Assembly (NCBI GenBank): GCA_944377435.1
Contig: CALWEY010000088.1
Location: 1-57,973, forward strand
DNA length: 57,973 bases
Source of the DNA: an uncultured Clostridia bacterium
GTDB taxonomy: Bacteria; Bacillota; Clostridia; Christensenellales; UBA1242
Reading direction: 5' to 3'
Shown piece by piece: positions 17,040-26,700 of this stretch. The notes below the pieces were generated by a model. It did no database searches. It was given only the letters and a program-made list of their open reading frames with translations, and was not told the origin of the DNA. Position 1 is the stretch's first letter. Each line of letters begins with the position of its first letter. The translations under genes and the position numbers were made by a program.

Positions 17040-18407
17040 ATGAAAAAAGAGCTCTTGAAAAAATTTAACAAATTTTTAAAATTGGGAAAAAGTTCCCAAA
17101 TTTTTTCATGTAAGAAAAAACTTAATAACGAAGATAAAAGTTTAAGTTCGGAGCAATTAGCATTGGACTTAAACAACACTAAAAAAATTAACAACGAAAT
17201 AAATAACGAAATTGAGAATATAAATTACAGTGAACAAGAACAACTCGAAGATGCCGAACAAAGTGTTTCTAAACAAAAAGGCAAAAAAAAGAAAATATGG
17301 AATGCTATATTCTTTATTATAAACATTGTTGTGGTTTGTGGAATTTTATACTATCAGTTGACACATGAAAACATTTCCTCTTTTTCAGAGTTAAAAGGTT
17401 TAAAGTTTTACTACATTCCTGTGCTTTTGTTGATTTTTGCAACAATTATGACCTTAGATGCATATAGAACAAACTTATTTTTAAAAAAATCAGGTAATAG
17501 ATCAAGACCATATTTGTGTTACAAAATGTGTGCAATTGGACGATATTACGATAATATAACGCCTATGTCGTCTGGCGGTGAACCTTCACAAATTTTTTAT
17601 ATGAATCATAGAGGACTTAATGCAAGTTCTTCAATATCTGTTCCAATGGCGAGATATGTCGTTTCACAAATGTCTTGGATGATTATTGGTTTAACTGCGG
17701 TTATATGCATAATTTTTACTAATGTTATGGATGTCAGCGTTGTTCTTGTTATTGGACTTTTAGGGTTTGCGGTTAATGTTACATTGCTGTCCGTGTGCTT
17801 GATCCTTTCAATGAGCAAAAGATTGGGTAATAAACTCGTTGTAAAAGTACTTAGGTTTTTACAAAAAATACATGTTGTAAAGCATTATGAAAAACAATAC
17901 GATAAAGTTATGAAAGTTGTTGTAAGTTATCAAAACACAATGACAACATATGCTAAAAATAAATGGTTTTTCTTGTATACTCTATTAATTTCTATTTCAA
18001 TTTATATTTTAACTTACACAATGCCATATGTAATTTATTTAATGCTTGGTGGAACAAATTATGCAGTTTGGCCTAATATGTTGGTTTTTTCTGTTATAAT
18101 TGAACTTGGTTCAAGCATTATCCCACTTCCTGGTGGAACAGGTATGAACGAGATATCATTCACTGTTATTTTCGCCAGTGTATTCCCTGAAGGAACTGTG
18201 TTTTGGGGACTATTGTTTTGGAGATTTATGACATATTATATTTATATTCTACAAGGAATAAGCATTATTATTTATGATTATTTTATTGGAAATAGAAAAT
18301 TTAAGTGGCTTCAAAAGAAATGGGAACTTGAAACGGAAAGTGCACTTTTTAAAGAAGAACAAATAAGAAAATATAATAAACAACGAAAAAAAATAAAAAA
18401 TCGTTAA
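17040..18407 (+). CDS. Flippase-like / lysylphosphatidylglycerol-synthase TM-region family membrane protein (UPF0104) with a charged N-terminal extension
   Basis: It has multiple TM helices and the paired family motifs PMSSGGEPSQIFYM and IPLPGGTGMNEISF. Confidence 0.6.
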   Translation: MKKELLKKFNKFLKLGKSSQIFSCKKKLNNEDKSLSSEQLALDLNNTKKINNEINNEIENINYSEQEQLEDAEQSVSKQKGKKKKIWNAIFFIINIVVVCGILYYQLTHENISSFSELKGLKFYYIPVLLLIFATIMTLDAYRTNLFLKKSGNRSRPYLCYKMCAIGRYYDNITPMSSGGEPSQIFYMNHRGLNASSSISVPMARYVVSQMSWMIIGLTAVICIIFTNVMDVSVVLVIGLLGFAVNVTLLSVCLILSMSKRLGNKLVVKVLRFLQKIHVVKHYEKQYDKVMKVVVSYQNTMTTYAKNKWFFLYTLLISISIYILTYTMPYVIYLMLGGTNYAVWPNMLVFSVIIELGSSIIPLPGGTGMNEISFTVIFASVFPEGTVFWGLLFWRFMTYYIYILQGISIIIYDYFIGNRKFKWLQKKWELETESALFKEEQIRKYNKQRKKIKNR

Positions 18408-18433
18408 AAAACCTTGATTTTCAAGGTTTTTTT
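18406..18433 (+). terminator. Rho-independent terminator
   Basis: aaaaaaccttga / tcaaggtttttt forms a 12-bp stem with a 3-nt loop. It begins inside the stop codon. Confidence 0.75.
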
Positions 18434-18539
18434 ATTAAATTTAATAATTTTTACTAATTATTTTTTAATATTAAATATTAATAAATAAACTTTTAGTTTA
18501 TTTTTTTTGCTTTATGTTAAAAATTTAATGAGGTAAAAA

Positions 18540-19046
18540 ATGACTAAAAAAAGTAAACGAAATTATATATTTGCAATTTGCATTTTATCATTACTTTTAA
18601 TTTTAAGTGTGGTTTATAACTTTATGGGTGGATTTAAGTATGACAACTTAGTGGAGTTAAACAATGTTGTTGGTGATAACATAGAAATAAAGTTAAATGG
18701 AATTGGAGCAGAAAGTAAAGCTGTGGCACTTAGTGGTGCAAGTTTACCAAATGATGTTATTAAACAAAACATTCAAATAACTTTGCCGAATATAGATACA
18801 ACAAATTTAGTTTTAAGGGCAAAAATTGTCTTGGACGATAACTATTTAAAAATTTATGGATTTAATTCTTGGCAAATAGACGAAAGTGATAATTATTATT
18901 ATTTTGATGCTGAAATTTATAAAAATCAAACTGTAGGGCTATCGAGTGAAATTCAACTAAAAGAGGACTTATCACTTGATAAAAATAAAATTTATTTTAT
19001 AAACATAGTTGTAGAATTGTTTTATGCAGATGGTCTAAATTTGTAA
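18540..19046 (+). CDS. Hypothetical N-terminally membrane-anchored protein
   Basis: A GAGGT RBS precedes it, and it has a single N-terminal hydrophobic helix. I recognised no family motif. Confidence 0.5.
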   Translation: MTKKSKRNYIFAICILSLLLILSVVYNFMGGFKYDNLVELNNVVGDNIEIKLNGIGAESKAVALSGASLPNDVIKQNIQITLPNIDTTNLVLRAKIVLDDNYLKIYGFNSWQIDESDNYYYFDAEIYKNQTVGLSSEIQLKEDLSLDKNKIYFINIVVELFYADGLNL

Positions 19047-20086
19047 TCATAAACATTTTCGGGGTTAAAAAATGGGTATAAATTAGAATCTTTTTTTCTA
19101 AGTGTCGTACCGTCAATAACTTTTCTGTCCATAAACAAAACTTTGCTTGTATTTTTTGTTGGAAGATAAGAATAATAAGTTTTCATTCCAACACCACAGA
19201 AAAGTTCAAAACCAGCATTTTCAAGGGCTATGTGTTTTTTCGATTTTTCGCCGTTTGCATAAACTTCCCATTCTCCGTAAGGGTAAACATAGACTTTTGT
19301 TTTGCCAATAAGCGGTTCTACTTCATTTTGCCAAAGTTTTATTTCTTCACAAAATTGTTCATATGATATTTTATTCATATGATAATGACCATAAGAATGA
19401 CAGGCAAAATTCCAGCCATTTTCTTTTAACTTTTTTATTATAGGTTTAACTTTATTAATTTCTTCTTGTCTATTTATTAAATTTTTTGATTGTGTTCTAT
19501 ATCCAAGTATTCCGTCATATCCTGTTAAGTTTAAAGTTCCTTTTGCTCCACGAATAGAAAAGGAAGGGTGTTTATTTACAAAGTCTTCAAGAATTGGAAT
19601 AAATTCGTTAGAGTAAGATATTTCTTCTTTTCCATTTATAAGGGTAGATGTTGCTAAATTACCATTATTGTCAATAATAATTTTGTCCACCATACCGAGT
19701 CCCATTTTTTTGTGGTCGTAATTTACATCATCAAAAGATAATATGAGTGGCTTTTTTCCAACAGGAACTTTAATTTTTTGTTTTTCAATTTTGCCGTTTT
19801 TATTTTTAAATGTTTCGTTGATATCAACAAGAGCATAGTTGTTTTGGTAAAGAGAGTTTAATATTTTTATAAACTCATCTTTCGTTATGCAGTCAATATT
19901 ATAATTATCTCTCATGGGGTTTGTTTTTTTAAATGCAATTTCGGGATATGCAATTAAACAATGGGTGAATAAATGTTCAACTGTTGAAGTGTAGTAGTAT
20001 TCTTCATTATTTGCGAAGGCATTTGTAAAGCCACTGCAAATTATAAATAGTGAAAATATTAAAAAAATATATACAATCTTTTTCAT
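19022..20086 (-). CDS. Secreted polysaccharide deacetylase (NodB-homology) family protein
   Basis: It has a signal peptide, an LILSFDDVNYDH segment (the DD motif) and ACHSYGHYHM (the H-x-x-x-H type motif). Confidence 0.6.
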   Translation of the reverse strand: MKKIVYIFLIFSLFIICSGFTNAFANNEEYYYTSTVEHLFTHCLIAYPEIAFKKTNPMRDNYNIDCITKDEFIKILNSLYQNNYALVDINETFKNKNGKIEKQKIKVPVGKKPLILSFDDVNYDHKKMGLGMVDKIIIDNNGNLATSTLINGKEEISYSNEFIPILEDFVNKHPSFSIRGAKGTLNLTGYDGILGYRTQSKNLINRQEEINKVKPIIKKLKENGWNFACHSYGHYHMNKISYEQFCEEIKLWQNEVEPLIGKTKVYVYPYGEWEVYANGEKSKKHIALENAGFELFCGVGMKTYYSYLPTKNTSKVLFMDRKVIDGTTLRKKDSNLYPFFNPENVYDYKFRPSA

Positions 20087-20196
20087 ATTTGTAGTATGTT
20101 ATAAATTCTATAAAATAAACAATAATTTTCCAAAAAATAGCAAAATAGTATAAAAACAAGTGTAATTAAATGTGATATAACATCATTGAGGTAATT

Positions 20197-21396
20197 ATGG
20201 AAAACGAATTTTACGATAGAATTGTATATAGAAAAAATGCCTTTTTAGAATTAAAAGAATATTTAAGCCAAAATTTTAATGGGAAAAAGGTTTTACTTAT
20301 ATCAACAAAAAGTTTAGTTAATCCGCATTTAACGGAAATAATGAATATGATTTCAGTTTCTGGGTGTAACTTTAAGCATTACATAGCGAAAAATAATTTT
20401 TCCAATTTTGAACTTAAACAAATTAGTGAACTTTTGACACTTGAAAATTTTGATTTGTATGTTGTTTTTGGAGCAGGTAGGGCAACTATGGTTACAAAAT
20501 ATTTCGCAAATATATTTTGTGTTCCATATATCGTTTGTCCTTCTGCTTGTTCAAACTCATCGTTTTTTTCAAATATTTGCATAAATCCATATGACAGCAC
20601 GAGAAGTTTTAAATGTGATTATCCACAAAAGATTTTTATCAACGAGAGTGTTATAAAAACTATGCCACGAAAACTTTTAAAACAAGGTGTATTTTTTATA
20701 ATGGCAATAGAAGAAATGCTAGCCATGTCTACAATAGAAAATATTTTATTTGATAAGCATAATGATATGTCACAAATAAATAAAATTACAACAAAATTGC
20801 AAAAAGAAATAAAAGGCATAATGTCTGGTGATGTGGATAGTAAACTAATTTTAACCGATATTATTATTGATCTTTCATATGAGTTAGACAAGGTAGATAT
20901 TTTTAAAAGTGCAACATTTAATTTGTATACCATAATGCAAAAAATATTTTTAAATTCAAGTGAAATAACTGGTAGTGGAGAGATATATTTGCTAGCATCA
21001 AAAACACTGCTATTATGTTATAAAAATTTATTTATGCAGAAAAAAATAAAGCAGTTGGAATTGCCAAATTTTCCAAAAATTGTAAAAAATATAGAAAAAT
21101 ATTCAATTTTTTATAAAAAAATCAATAATTTTGCATATTTTAATGAAATTTTATCAAAAAAAGAACTGCTTACCAGATTAAATAATTTAAAAGAAGAATT
21201 TTTATATCAATGCAATAAAAGAATTGAAGAGCAAGACAATTTACTTGATGTTGTTAAAAATTATGATGATATCTTTACATATCAAACACCGCTCCTTAGC
21301 GATGTTTTTACAGCGGTAAAGGTTTTACCATATGTTTGCGAAAACAATTTTATTGTTGATTTAATGGGAGGGCTGGGATTAGTTAACGCATTTTAG
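20197..21396 (+). CDS. Divergent DHQS/Fe-ADH-fold (glycerol-phosphate dehydrogenase-like) protein
   Basis: The layout is Rossmann-like: GKKVLLISTKS...DLYVVFGAGRATMVTKYFA...PYIVCPSACSNSS. I recognised no clear metal-ligand histidines, so this is a weak call. Confidence 0.3.
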   Translation: MENEFYDRIVYRKNAFLELKEYLSQNFNGKKVLLISTKSLVNPHLTEIMNMISVSGCNFKHYIAKNNFSNFELKQISELLTLENFDLYVVFGAGRATMVTKYFANIFCVPYIVCPSACSNSSFFSNICINPYDSTRSFKCDYPQKIFINESVIKTMPRKLLKQGVFFIMAIEEMLAMSTIENILFDKHNDMSQINKITTKLQKEIKGIMSGDVDSKLILTDIIIDLSYELDKVDIFKSATFNLYTIMQKIFLNSSEITGSGEIYLLASKTLLLCYKNLFMQKKIKQLELPNFPKIVKNIEKYSIFYKKINNFAYFNEILSKKELLTRLNNLKEEFLYQCNKRIEEQDNLLDVVKNYDDIFTYQTPLLSDVFTAVKVLPYVCENNFIVDLMGGLGLVNAF

Positions 21397-21512
21397 ATTT
21401 AGTTAATTAGTTTAAAATAAAAAATTAAATAAATAACTAATAAAATATTATCAAAAATCGGGGAAACCTGATTTTTTTGTTTAAATAAATAAAAGTTGGC
21501 AATAAATTTTAT

Positions 21513-21965
21513 ATGAAAAAGTTTATTGTTTTTTTAATGCTTTGTGCATTTTTATTTAGTGCTTCACTATTTAAAGAAGAGTTTGATTTTTCAAAATATA
21601 ACAATTTAGAAGTCCAAGTTTTTACTTCTAACAAACAAAATATTAATTTTGATAATATTAGCGTTGTTGATAATGGTCAAGGTCAAATTATTTATTGTAA
21701 TTATGATAAATATAAAGATATAAGTAGCACAATAAAAAATATCAGTGGAGTCACATTTATTTTTGAAGGTAATAAAAACTTGTATTTAGACATTATTAAA
21801 AAATTAAATATCACATTATTAGAAAATAATTATGATAATTTTGTTGGCTATTCTAATAATTTTGACGGGGGTGTTTCTTACAACGGAAAAAAAGTCAATG
21901 TTCAGGGATATTTTAATAAAGGGAAAATTTATATAGGAACGCCTTTGCTTTTAGGAAGTTATTAA
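21513..21965 (+). CDS. Small secreted protein, YwmB (DUF1779)-like C-terminus
   Basis: It has a signal peptide. The C-terminal ...KVNVQGYFNKGKIYIGTPLLLGSY resembles the YwmB-family ending (..iGtPii..eY). It lies in the sporulation neighbourhood. Confidence 0.3.
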   Translation: MKKFIVFLMLCAFLFSASLFKEEFDFSKYNNLEVQVFTSNKQNINFDNISVVDNGQGQIIYCNYDKYKDISSTIKNISGVTFIFEGNKNLYLDIIKKLNITLLENNYDNFVGYSNNFDGGVSYNGKKVNVQGYFNKGKIYIGTPLLLGSY

Positions 21966-22026
21966 ATTTTAAAAATTTATATGTATAACAAAATAAAAAG
22001 TGTCAATAATTCGTGTGGAGGTAAAA

Positions 22027-22602
22027 ATGGAAAATAATAAAAAAGGAAAGGTACTTGGCTTCATCAAAAAATATGGATATTATATGATGGCATTTGTTCT
22101 CGTTCTTGGTATAACATTGGGAGTTGTTCTTTCAACTACTCCAACAAGCGACCAAAATCAGGATGTTGAAACAGATGTAAAACCGGTTGTGTTTTCATTG
22201 CCTGTAAATTCACCAAGTGTGATAAAATGGTATAGCGATAGTGAACTCATGTACAACGAAACACTAAAACAATGGGAGAGTCATATGGCAATAGATATGA
22301 CATCTGAAAATTTAGATGTTTACTCAGTTTTAGATGGAGTTGTTACCGATGTTACAACAACCTATGAAGATGGTACAACAATAACAATTACTCATGAAAA
22401 TGGCTTTGTTAGTAAGTATTCATCACTTGAAGAAGAAACTGATGTAACAATATCCGATGAAGTTAAAGCTGGCGATAAAATTGGAACAATGTCTCAATCT
22501 TCAGCAGACGAACTTTTAAGTGGCAACCATTTACATTTTGAACTTTATAAAGATGGTCAAAAAGTTGATCCTGCCAATTATTTAACACTATCAGATAAAT
22601 AA
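22027..22602 (+). CDS. Membrane-anchored M23 (LytM) peptidase-domain protein, SpoIIQ-like
   Basis: The ATG at 22027 follows GGAGG (22016-22020). It has an N-terminal TM helix. HMAID and HLHFELYKDGQKVDP form an intact M23 metal-binding set. It lies upstream of spoIIID, as clostridial spoIIQ does. Confidence 0.55.
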   Translation: MENNKKGKVLGFIKKYGYYMMAFVLVLGITLGVVLSTTPTSDQNQDVETDVKPVVFSLPVNSPSVIKWYSDSELMYNETLKQWESHMAIDMTSENLDVYSVLDGVVTDVTTTYEDGTTITITHENGFVSKYSSLEEETDVTISDEVKAGDKIGTMSQSSADELLSGNHLHFELYKDGQKVDPANYLTLSDK

Positions 22603-22608
22603 TAAATT

Positions 22609-22662
22609 AAACTGTTTTGCGTCAACTAGCTGTTTCTAATGGTGCAAAACAGTTTTATTTTT
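22609..22662 (+). terminator. Hairpin terminator with an unusually large loop
   Basis: aaactgttttgc / gcaaaacagttt forms a 12-bp perfect stem with a 23-nt loop and a T-rich tail. Confidence 0.5.
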
Positions 22663-22809
22663 ATATAAAATTTAGTTGTTATAATTTTGCAAAATAAAAT
22701 TCTTTTTAAAGTGCATATAATAAAATGTGGCGTTTAAATAAATAGGTGAGTTTAAACACTTTACTTTTTTTAAAAAACATGTTACATTTTTATTGTTATG
22801 GAGGAAATT

Positions 22810-23037
22810 ATGACACTAGATAAAGTTAAAAAACTAATTGCAAGTCAACTAAATATTTCAGAAGATAAAATAACCGAAGATTCTAGACTTATTGAAGATT
22901 TAGGTGCAGATTCGTTAGATACAGTTGAAATGCTTATGACACTTGAAGATGAATTTGGAATTGCAATTCCAGACGAAGAAGCAATGAAATTAAGTACTGT
23001 AAAATCTATTGTAGATTTAATTGATTCAAAAAAATAA
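22810..23037 (+). CDS. acpP: Acyl carrier protein
   Basis: LGADSLDTVEMLMTLEDEFGI contains the DSL phosphopantetheine attachment motif. The ATG at 22810 lies 5 nt after GGAGG. Confidence 0.9.
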   Translation: MTLDKVKKLIASQLNISEDKITEDSRLIEDLGADSLDTVEMLMTLEDEFGIAIPDEEAMKLSTVKSIVDLIDSKK

Positions 23038-23052
23038 GAAAAAGGTAATAGA

Positions 23053-23088
23053 AGAAAACTTTCAGATTGTTGAAAGTTTTCTTTTTTT
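23053..23088 (+). terminator. Rho-independent terminator
   Basis: agaaaactttca / tgaaagttttct forms a 12-bp stem with a 6-nt loop and a T6 tract. Confidence 0.8.
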
Positions 23089-23150
23089 ATAAACGCATTA
23101 ACCACTACCATTTTTTAGACAAGGCCATATAAAAACCGACAAATTATGAC

Positions 23151-23177
23151 ATATTTTGAAATTTTGTTTCATACATT
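23151..23177 (+). promoter_or_regulatory. Sigma-E-type (mother-cell) promoter candidate for spoIIID
   Basis: ATATT (23151-23155), a 14-nt spacer, then CATACATT (23170-23177). This resembles the B. subtilis sigma-E consensus (ATAtt ... CATACAnT), and spoIIID is sigma-E-dependent in Bacillus. Confidence 0.45.
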
Positions 23178-23200
23178 GTTTTTGTTAGGAGATTGAAATT

Positions 23201-23449
23201 GTGGCTAAAAATGATAGAGTTATTGATTATGCAAATTACATAATTGAAAACAATGCAACAATAAGAAAAACGGCGGTTTTTTTTGGATATAGCAAAAGTA
23301 CCGTGCATAACGATATTCAAAAAAAATTAAAAAAAATAAATGGCGACTTATATTTTAAAGTAAAAATCATTTTAAAAAATAACTTTTTAGAAAAACATTT
23401 AAGAGGTGGCGAGTCTACAAGACAAAAATATTTAAAATTAAATAAATAA
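23201..23449 (+). CDS. spoIIID: Sporulation transcriptional regulator SpoIIID
   Basis: ATIRKTAVFFGYSKSTVHNDI and HLRGGESTRQKY match B. subtilis SpoIIID (..FGVSKSTVHKDL.. / ..HLRGGEATK..). The GTG start follows AGGAGA. Confidence 0.9.
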   Translation: MAKNDRVIDYANYIIENNATIRKTAVFFGYSKSTVHNDIQKKLKKINGDLYFKVKIILKNNFLEKHLRGGESTRQKYLKLNK

Positions 23450-23475
23450 AATTATTTTTAATTATTAAAAATATT

Positions 23476-23512
23476 TCATATTTTAATTTATTAAAATATG
23501 ATTTTATTTTTT
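23476..23512 (+). terminator. All-A/T hairpin terminator candidate after spoIIID
   Basis: tcatattttaa / ttaaaatatga forms an 11-bp stem with a 4-nt loop, followed by ttttatttttt. Predicted stability is low. Confidence 0.4.
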
Positions 23513-23534
23513 AATTATTTTTTTAATAATTTTA

Positions 23535-23547
23535 TTTCTCCTTTTTT
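23535..23547. repeat. Left arm of a 13-bp perfect inverted repeat (tttctcctttttt), an anti-SD-like sequence
   Basis: Its reverse complement, aaaaaaggagaaa, recurs at 23685-23697, which is the ribosome-binding site of the giant gene. Confidence 0.7.
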
Positions 23548-23578
23548 AATATTTTTTATGTCGAAAATTGCTAAAAAA

Positions 23579-23597
23579 TTTATTATTATATAATAAA
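23579..23597. repeat. 19-bp direct repeat, copy 1 (tttattattatataataaa), ending 4 nt upstream of the -35 box
   Basis: An identical 19-mer lies at 23644-23662. Confidence 0.7.
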
Positions 23598-23601
23598 TTA
23601 T

Positions 23602-23630
23602 TTGACACAAGTTTTAGATAATAATATAAT
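23602..23630 (+). promoter_or_regulatory. Perfect consensus sigma-A promoter of the giant-gene operon
   Basis: TTGACA (23602-23607), exactly 17 nt, then TATAAT (23625-23630). Confidence 0.65.
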
Positions 23631-23643
23631 AATCATGAATTCG

Positions 23644-23662
23644 TTTATTATTATATAATAAA
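23644..23662. repeat. 19-bp direct repeat, copy 2, at about +8 to +26 of the predicted transcript
   Basis: Identical to 23579-23597, 65 bp start to start. Confidence 0.7.
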
Positions 23663-23684
23663 AACATAACAATTGAAGACAATA

Positions 23685-23697
23685 AAAAAAGGAGAAA
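23685..23697. repeat. Right arm of the 13-bp inverted repeat, containing the GGAGA Shine-Dalgarno of the giant gene
   Basis: aaaaaaggagaaa is the exact reverse complement of 23535-23547. Confidence 0.7.
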
Positions 23698-23701
23698 AAG
23701 G

Positions 23702-26700
23702 ATGAAAAGATTTAAAAAATTAGTAATGTCGATGCTTTTTGTTCTTGTTGCACTAACAGGTGTTGTTTTTTCAGCATGCAATGATAATAACGATAAAATG
23801 ACAATTACTTTAAGTTCAACAAATATTCAAATTTTTTTAGGAGAAAACAACAACACTGCTTTGCTCACTGCAACTGTTGAAAATGCAACAGATTATAGTG
23901 TTACCGTTCTTTACGATTCTGCTGACATAAAAGTTACAACAAACTATTTAGGTGATGGTGTTACCGAAATAACTGTTCTTGCATACAGACAATGTACAAA
24001 TGTTGATGTAACTGTTAAAGGTGCAAAAAAATCAGCAAACTTTACCGTGTCTGCAACTCTTCCTATTTCTTCAATTGTTCCAAAAGAAAACAATTATCAT
24101 ATGGCTTATGATAAAACAAATGGTGGCGAGTTTGTTTTAAATGAATCTCTATTTAGTATTTTACCACAAGGCACAAATCAAACTCAGTTAAAATATGAAC
24201 TTACAAATGCAATCGAAGGTGTTTCGATTGTCAATAATAAATTAGTGATTGATTCAAACCTTAGCACTGTTCCTAATTCGATAAGTGTTGAGGTTATTTC
24301 TGCTTATAAGGACAACATAAAAACTACTATTAAAATTGATGTAATTCAGGTTATAGATGCTCAAAGTGTTATTATTTGTGATGAATCTGGAAACGAACTT
24401 GGAGAAGGTGAAACTGAATTTAATATTTCAAGAACCAATCCTGACACTGCAATTCTTTCTTTAATTGTTCGTGTTCCATTTAGTGTTTCTCAAGAGCCAA
24501 TTGTTGTAACACCAAAATTTACATACCAAGACAAAGGATTGCTACAACAAAATGATGTAATAATTTCAAAAAATGACATGTTGGGCTGTTATGAATATTT
24601 GTTTACATTTACTTTAGATGACAAAAACTCAACAGCAGGTACAGACTTTTTATATTTTGAACTTTCATATGCTGATTACCCTGATATTAAATCTAGTACT
24701 GCTGACAAAGAATATGGCAAATTAAAAATTACAACTTTTGATGAAATTTCGGATATTTCATTGAAAACAGAGGAAGGCTATATAAATTTAGAATCGCCAA
24801 TCAATTTGTACACAAATTATTATTCTCAAAACAAAATAGAAGGTTATTCAATTAAATTTGAAGCAATTCCTACAACAGCAACTTCAAACAAATTGTCATT
24901 AAATGTAAACCTGGCTGATGAAAATTTAAAATATTTATCCGTTAAAAATTCAATGGGCAGTGAAATTGTTTTTGTAAATGGAAAATATCTATTTGAAAGT
25001 GGAGAAGAATTTTATTTTATTGCAAAAGATGGATTTAATGATAATGCCGGAATACAAGTTACTGTTAAGAGTGAAGAAAATCCTCTTATTGAAAAAAATA
25101 TAAATTTTGTATTTAAAAAGGGTATAAGTGAGTTCGGGTTTGTATATGATGGTGCAAGCATTCAAAATTCAAGAACTTACTACATAAACAATGATAGTTT
25201 AGATCAATTTTCAAGTACAGTTGTAAGCTTTGCTGTAAATCCTAGAATAGACAGTTTAAATCTTGAAAGTGCTAAAATAAACGGAAACAATATTGTGTTA
25301 AAATATCCAACATTTACAATCAGTGCAAATGGTGATATGTTTGAACTTTTAGAGCAAGATTGGGGAAATGGCGAACTTGCATATTTGATTGAAAATGGAA
25401 TGGTTGGCAACTCTTATAGATATGATTTAAAAATTAAATCTATTGATGGCAAAACAGGTGAAGGACTGATAACAGTTAAGTTTGAATCTGGTCAAGAAAT
25501 TTCTTGCAAGGTTATTGTAATTGAAGAACTAAATGATGTAAAAGTTGGCATTGATTCAACATTTAATACTTCTTCTGCTGTTGGAAATATAAATTTTGAT
25601 AACGATAGTATAAATTATGTTGCTGTAAAATTGGGACAATCTTTGCCTCTTGTATACAATGCAAACACTACATATACATCTGTTTCATATGGATTTTACG
25701 ATGTAGAAGACGATGACTTTAATATTGATGAAGATGGACTTATTCCTCCAACGAGTGCAGATGTGTATTCGTCGAACTCAAATATTATTAGTGCAAACTA
25801 TTTAAGGGCAATGAGTTATATATCTCCAATAAAAGTTGGCAGAGTTTGGGTAAAGGCTTCGTTTACAGGCAAGGAAATTAAGCTTAATAAAAATGGACAA
25901 GAATATAATTATGTTGATAAAACAATCGATAAATATTTTCTTGTTGAAATATATGTTCCAATTACTTCATTTAGTGCAACCAACAAAACCATAGAGTTGT
26001 ATGCATACGATGAAGTGGGTGAATTTAATAAAGATTTGTCAACAAAAACAATTAGTATTTTGTTTAATAACGGACAAACAACTCCAACATATAGTGATGT
26101 TTATTGGGATTTCTGGGGAGATATTAAACTTGAACAAAATAAAGTTTATGAATTTAAAGCCACAAATTCAGATGTTGTTTATTTTACAGTTGAAAATGTG
26201 GGAGGTGGTAAATTTAAATTTACAGCTCTTACAAGAAATGCTGATAATGAAGACTCTGCTTTTATCCCTACAACTTTAAATATATCTACAAAAGATTTGG
26301 GACTTGATAAAAACACAATAGATTATTCAATAAATGTTGTAATTAAAGAACCAGTCTTAGTTGATAACATAATTGCATCTAATGTTGCGGACAATGGTAT
26401 ATATCTTATTACAAAAAATCTTGAAGGTATTGTAAATGGAGATACAACTTTTAAAATATTAACAAAAGTTGGACCTGATAACGCATTAAATAAAGATGTA
26501 GCGTTTAGATTTATTCCAAATGTTGGAACCGCAAGTAATGTTATAAATATCACTGACGATGGACTTGTAAGTGTTGTTGGTGAACATGGTGGAAGTGGAA
26601 CAATTAGAATATTGCCAAAGGACGGAATTTTTGTTGATACAAATGGCAATGAATATTACAGAGATGATATTGTTTATTGCGATATTCCTGTAACTATTGG

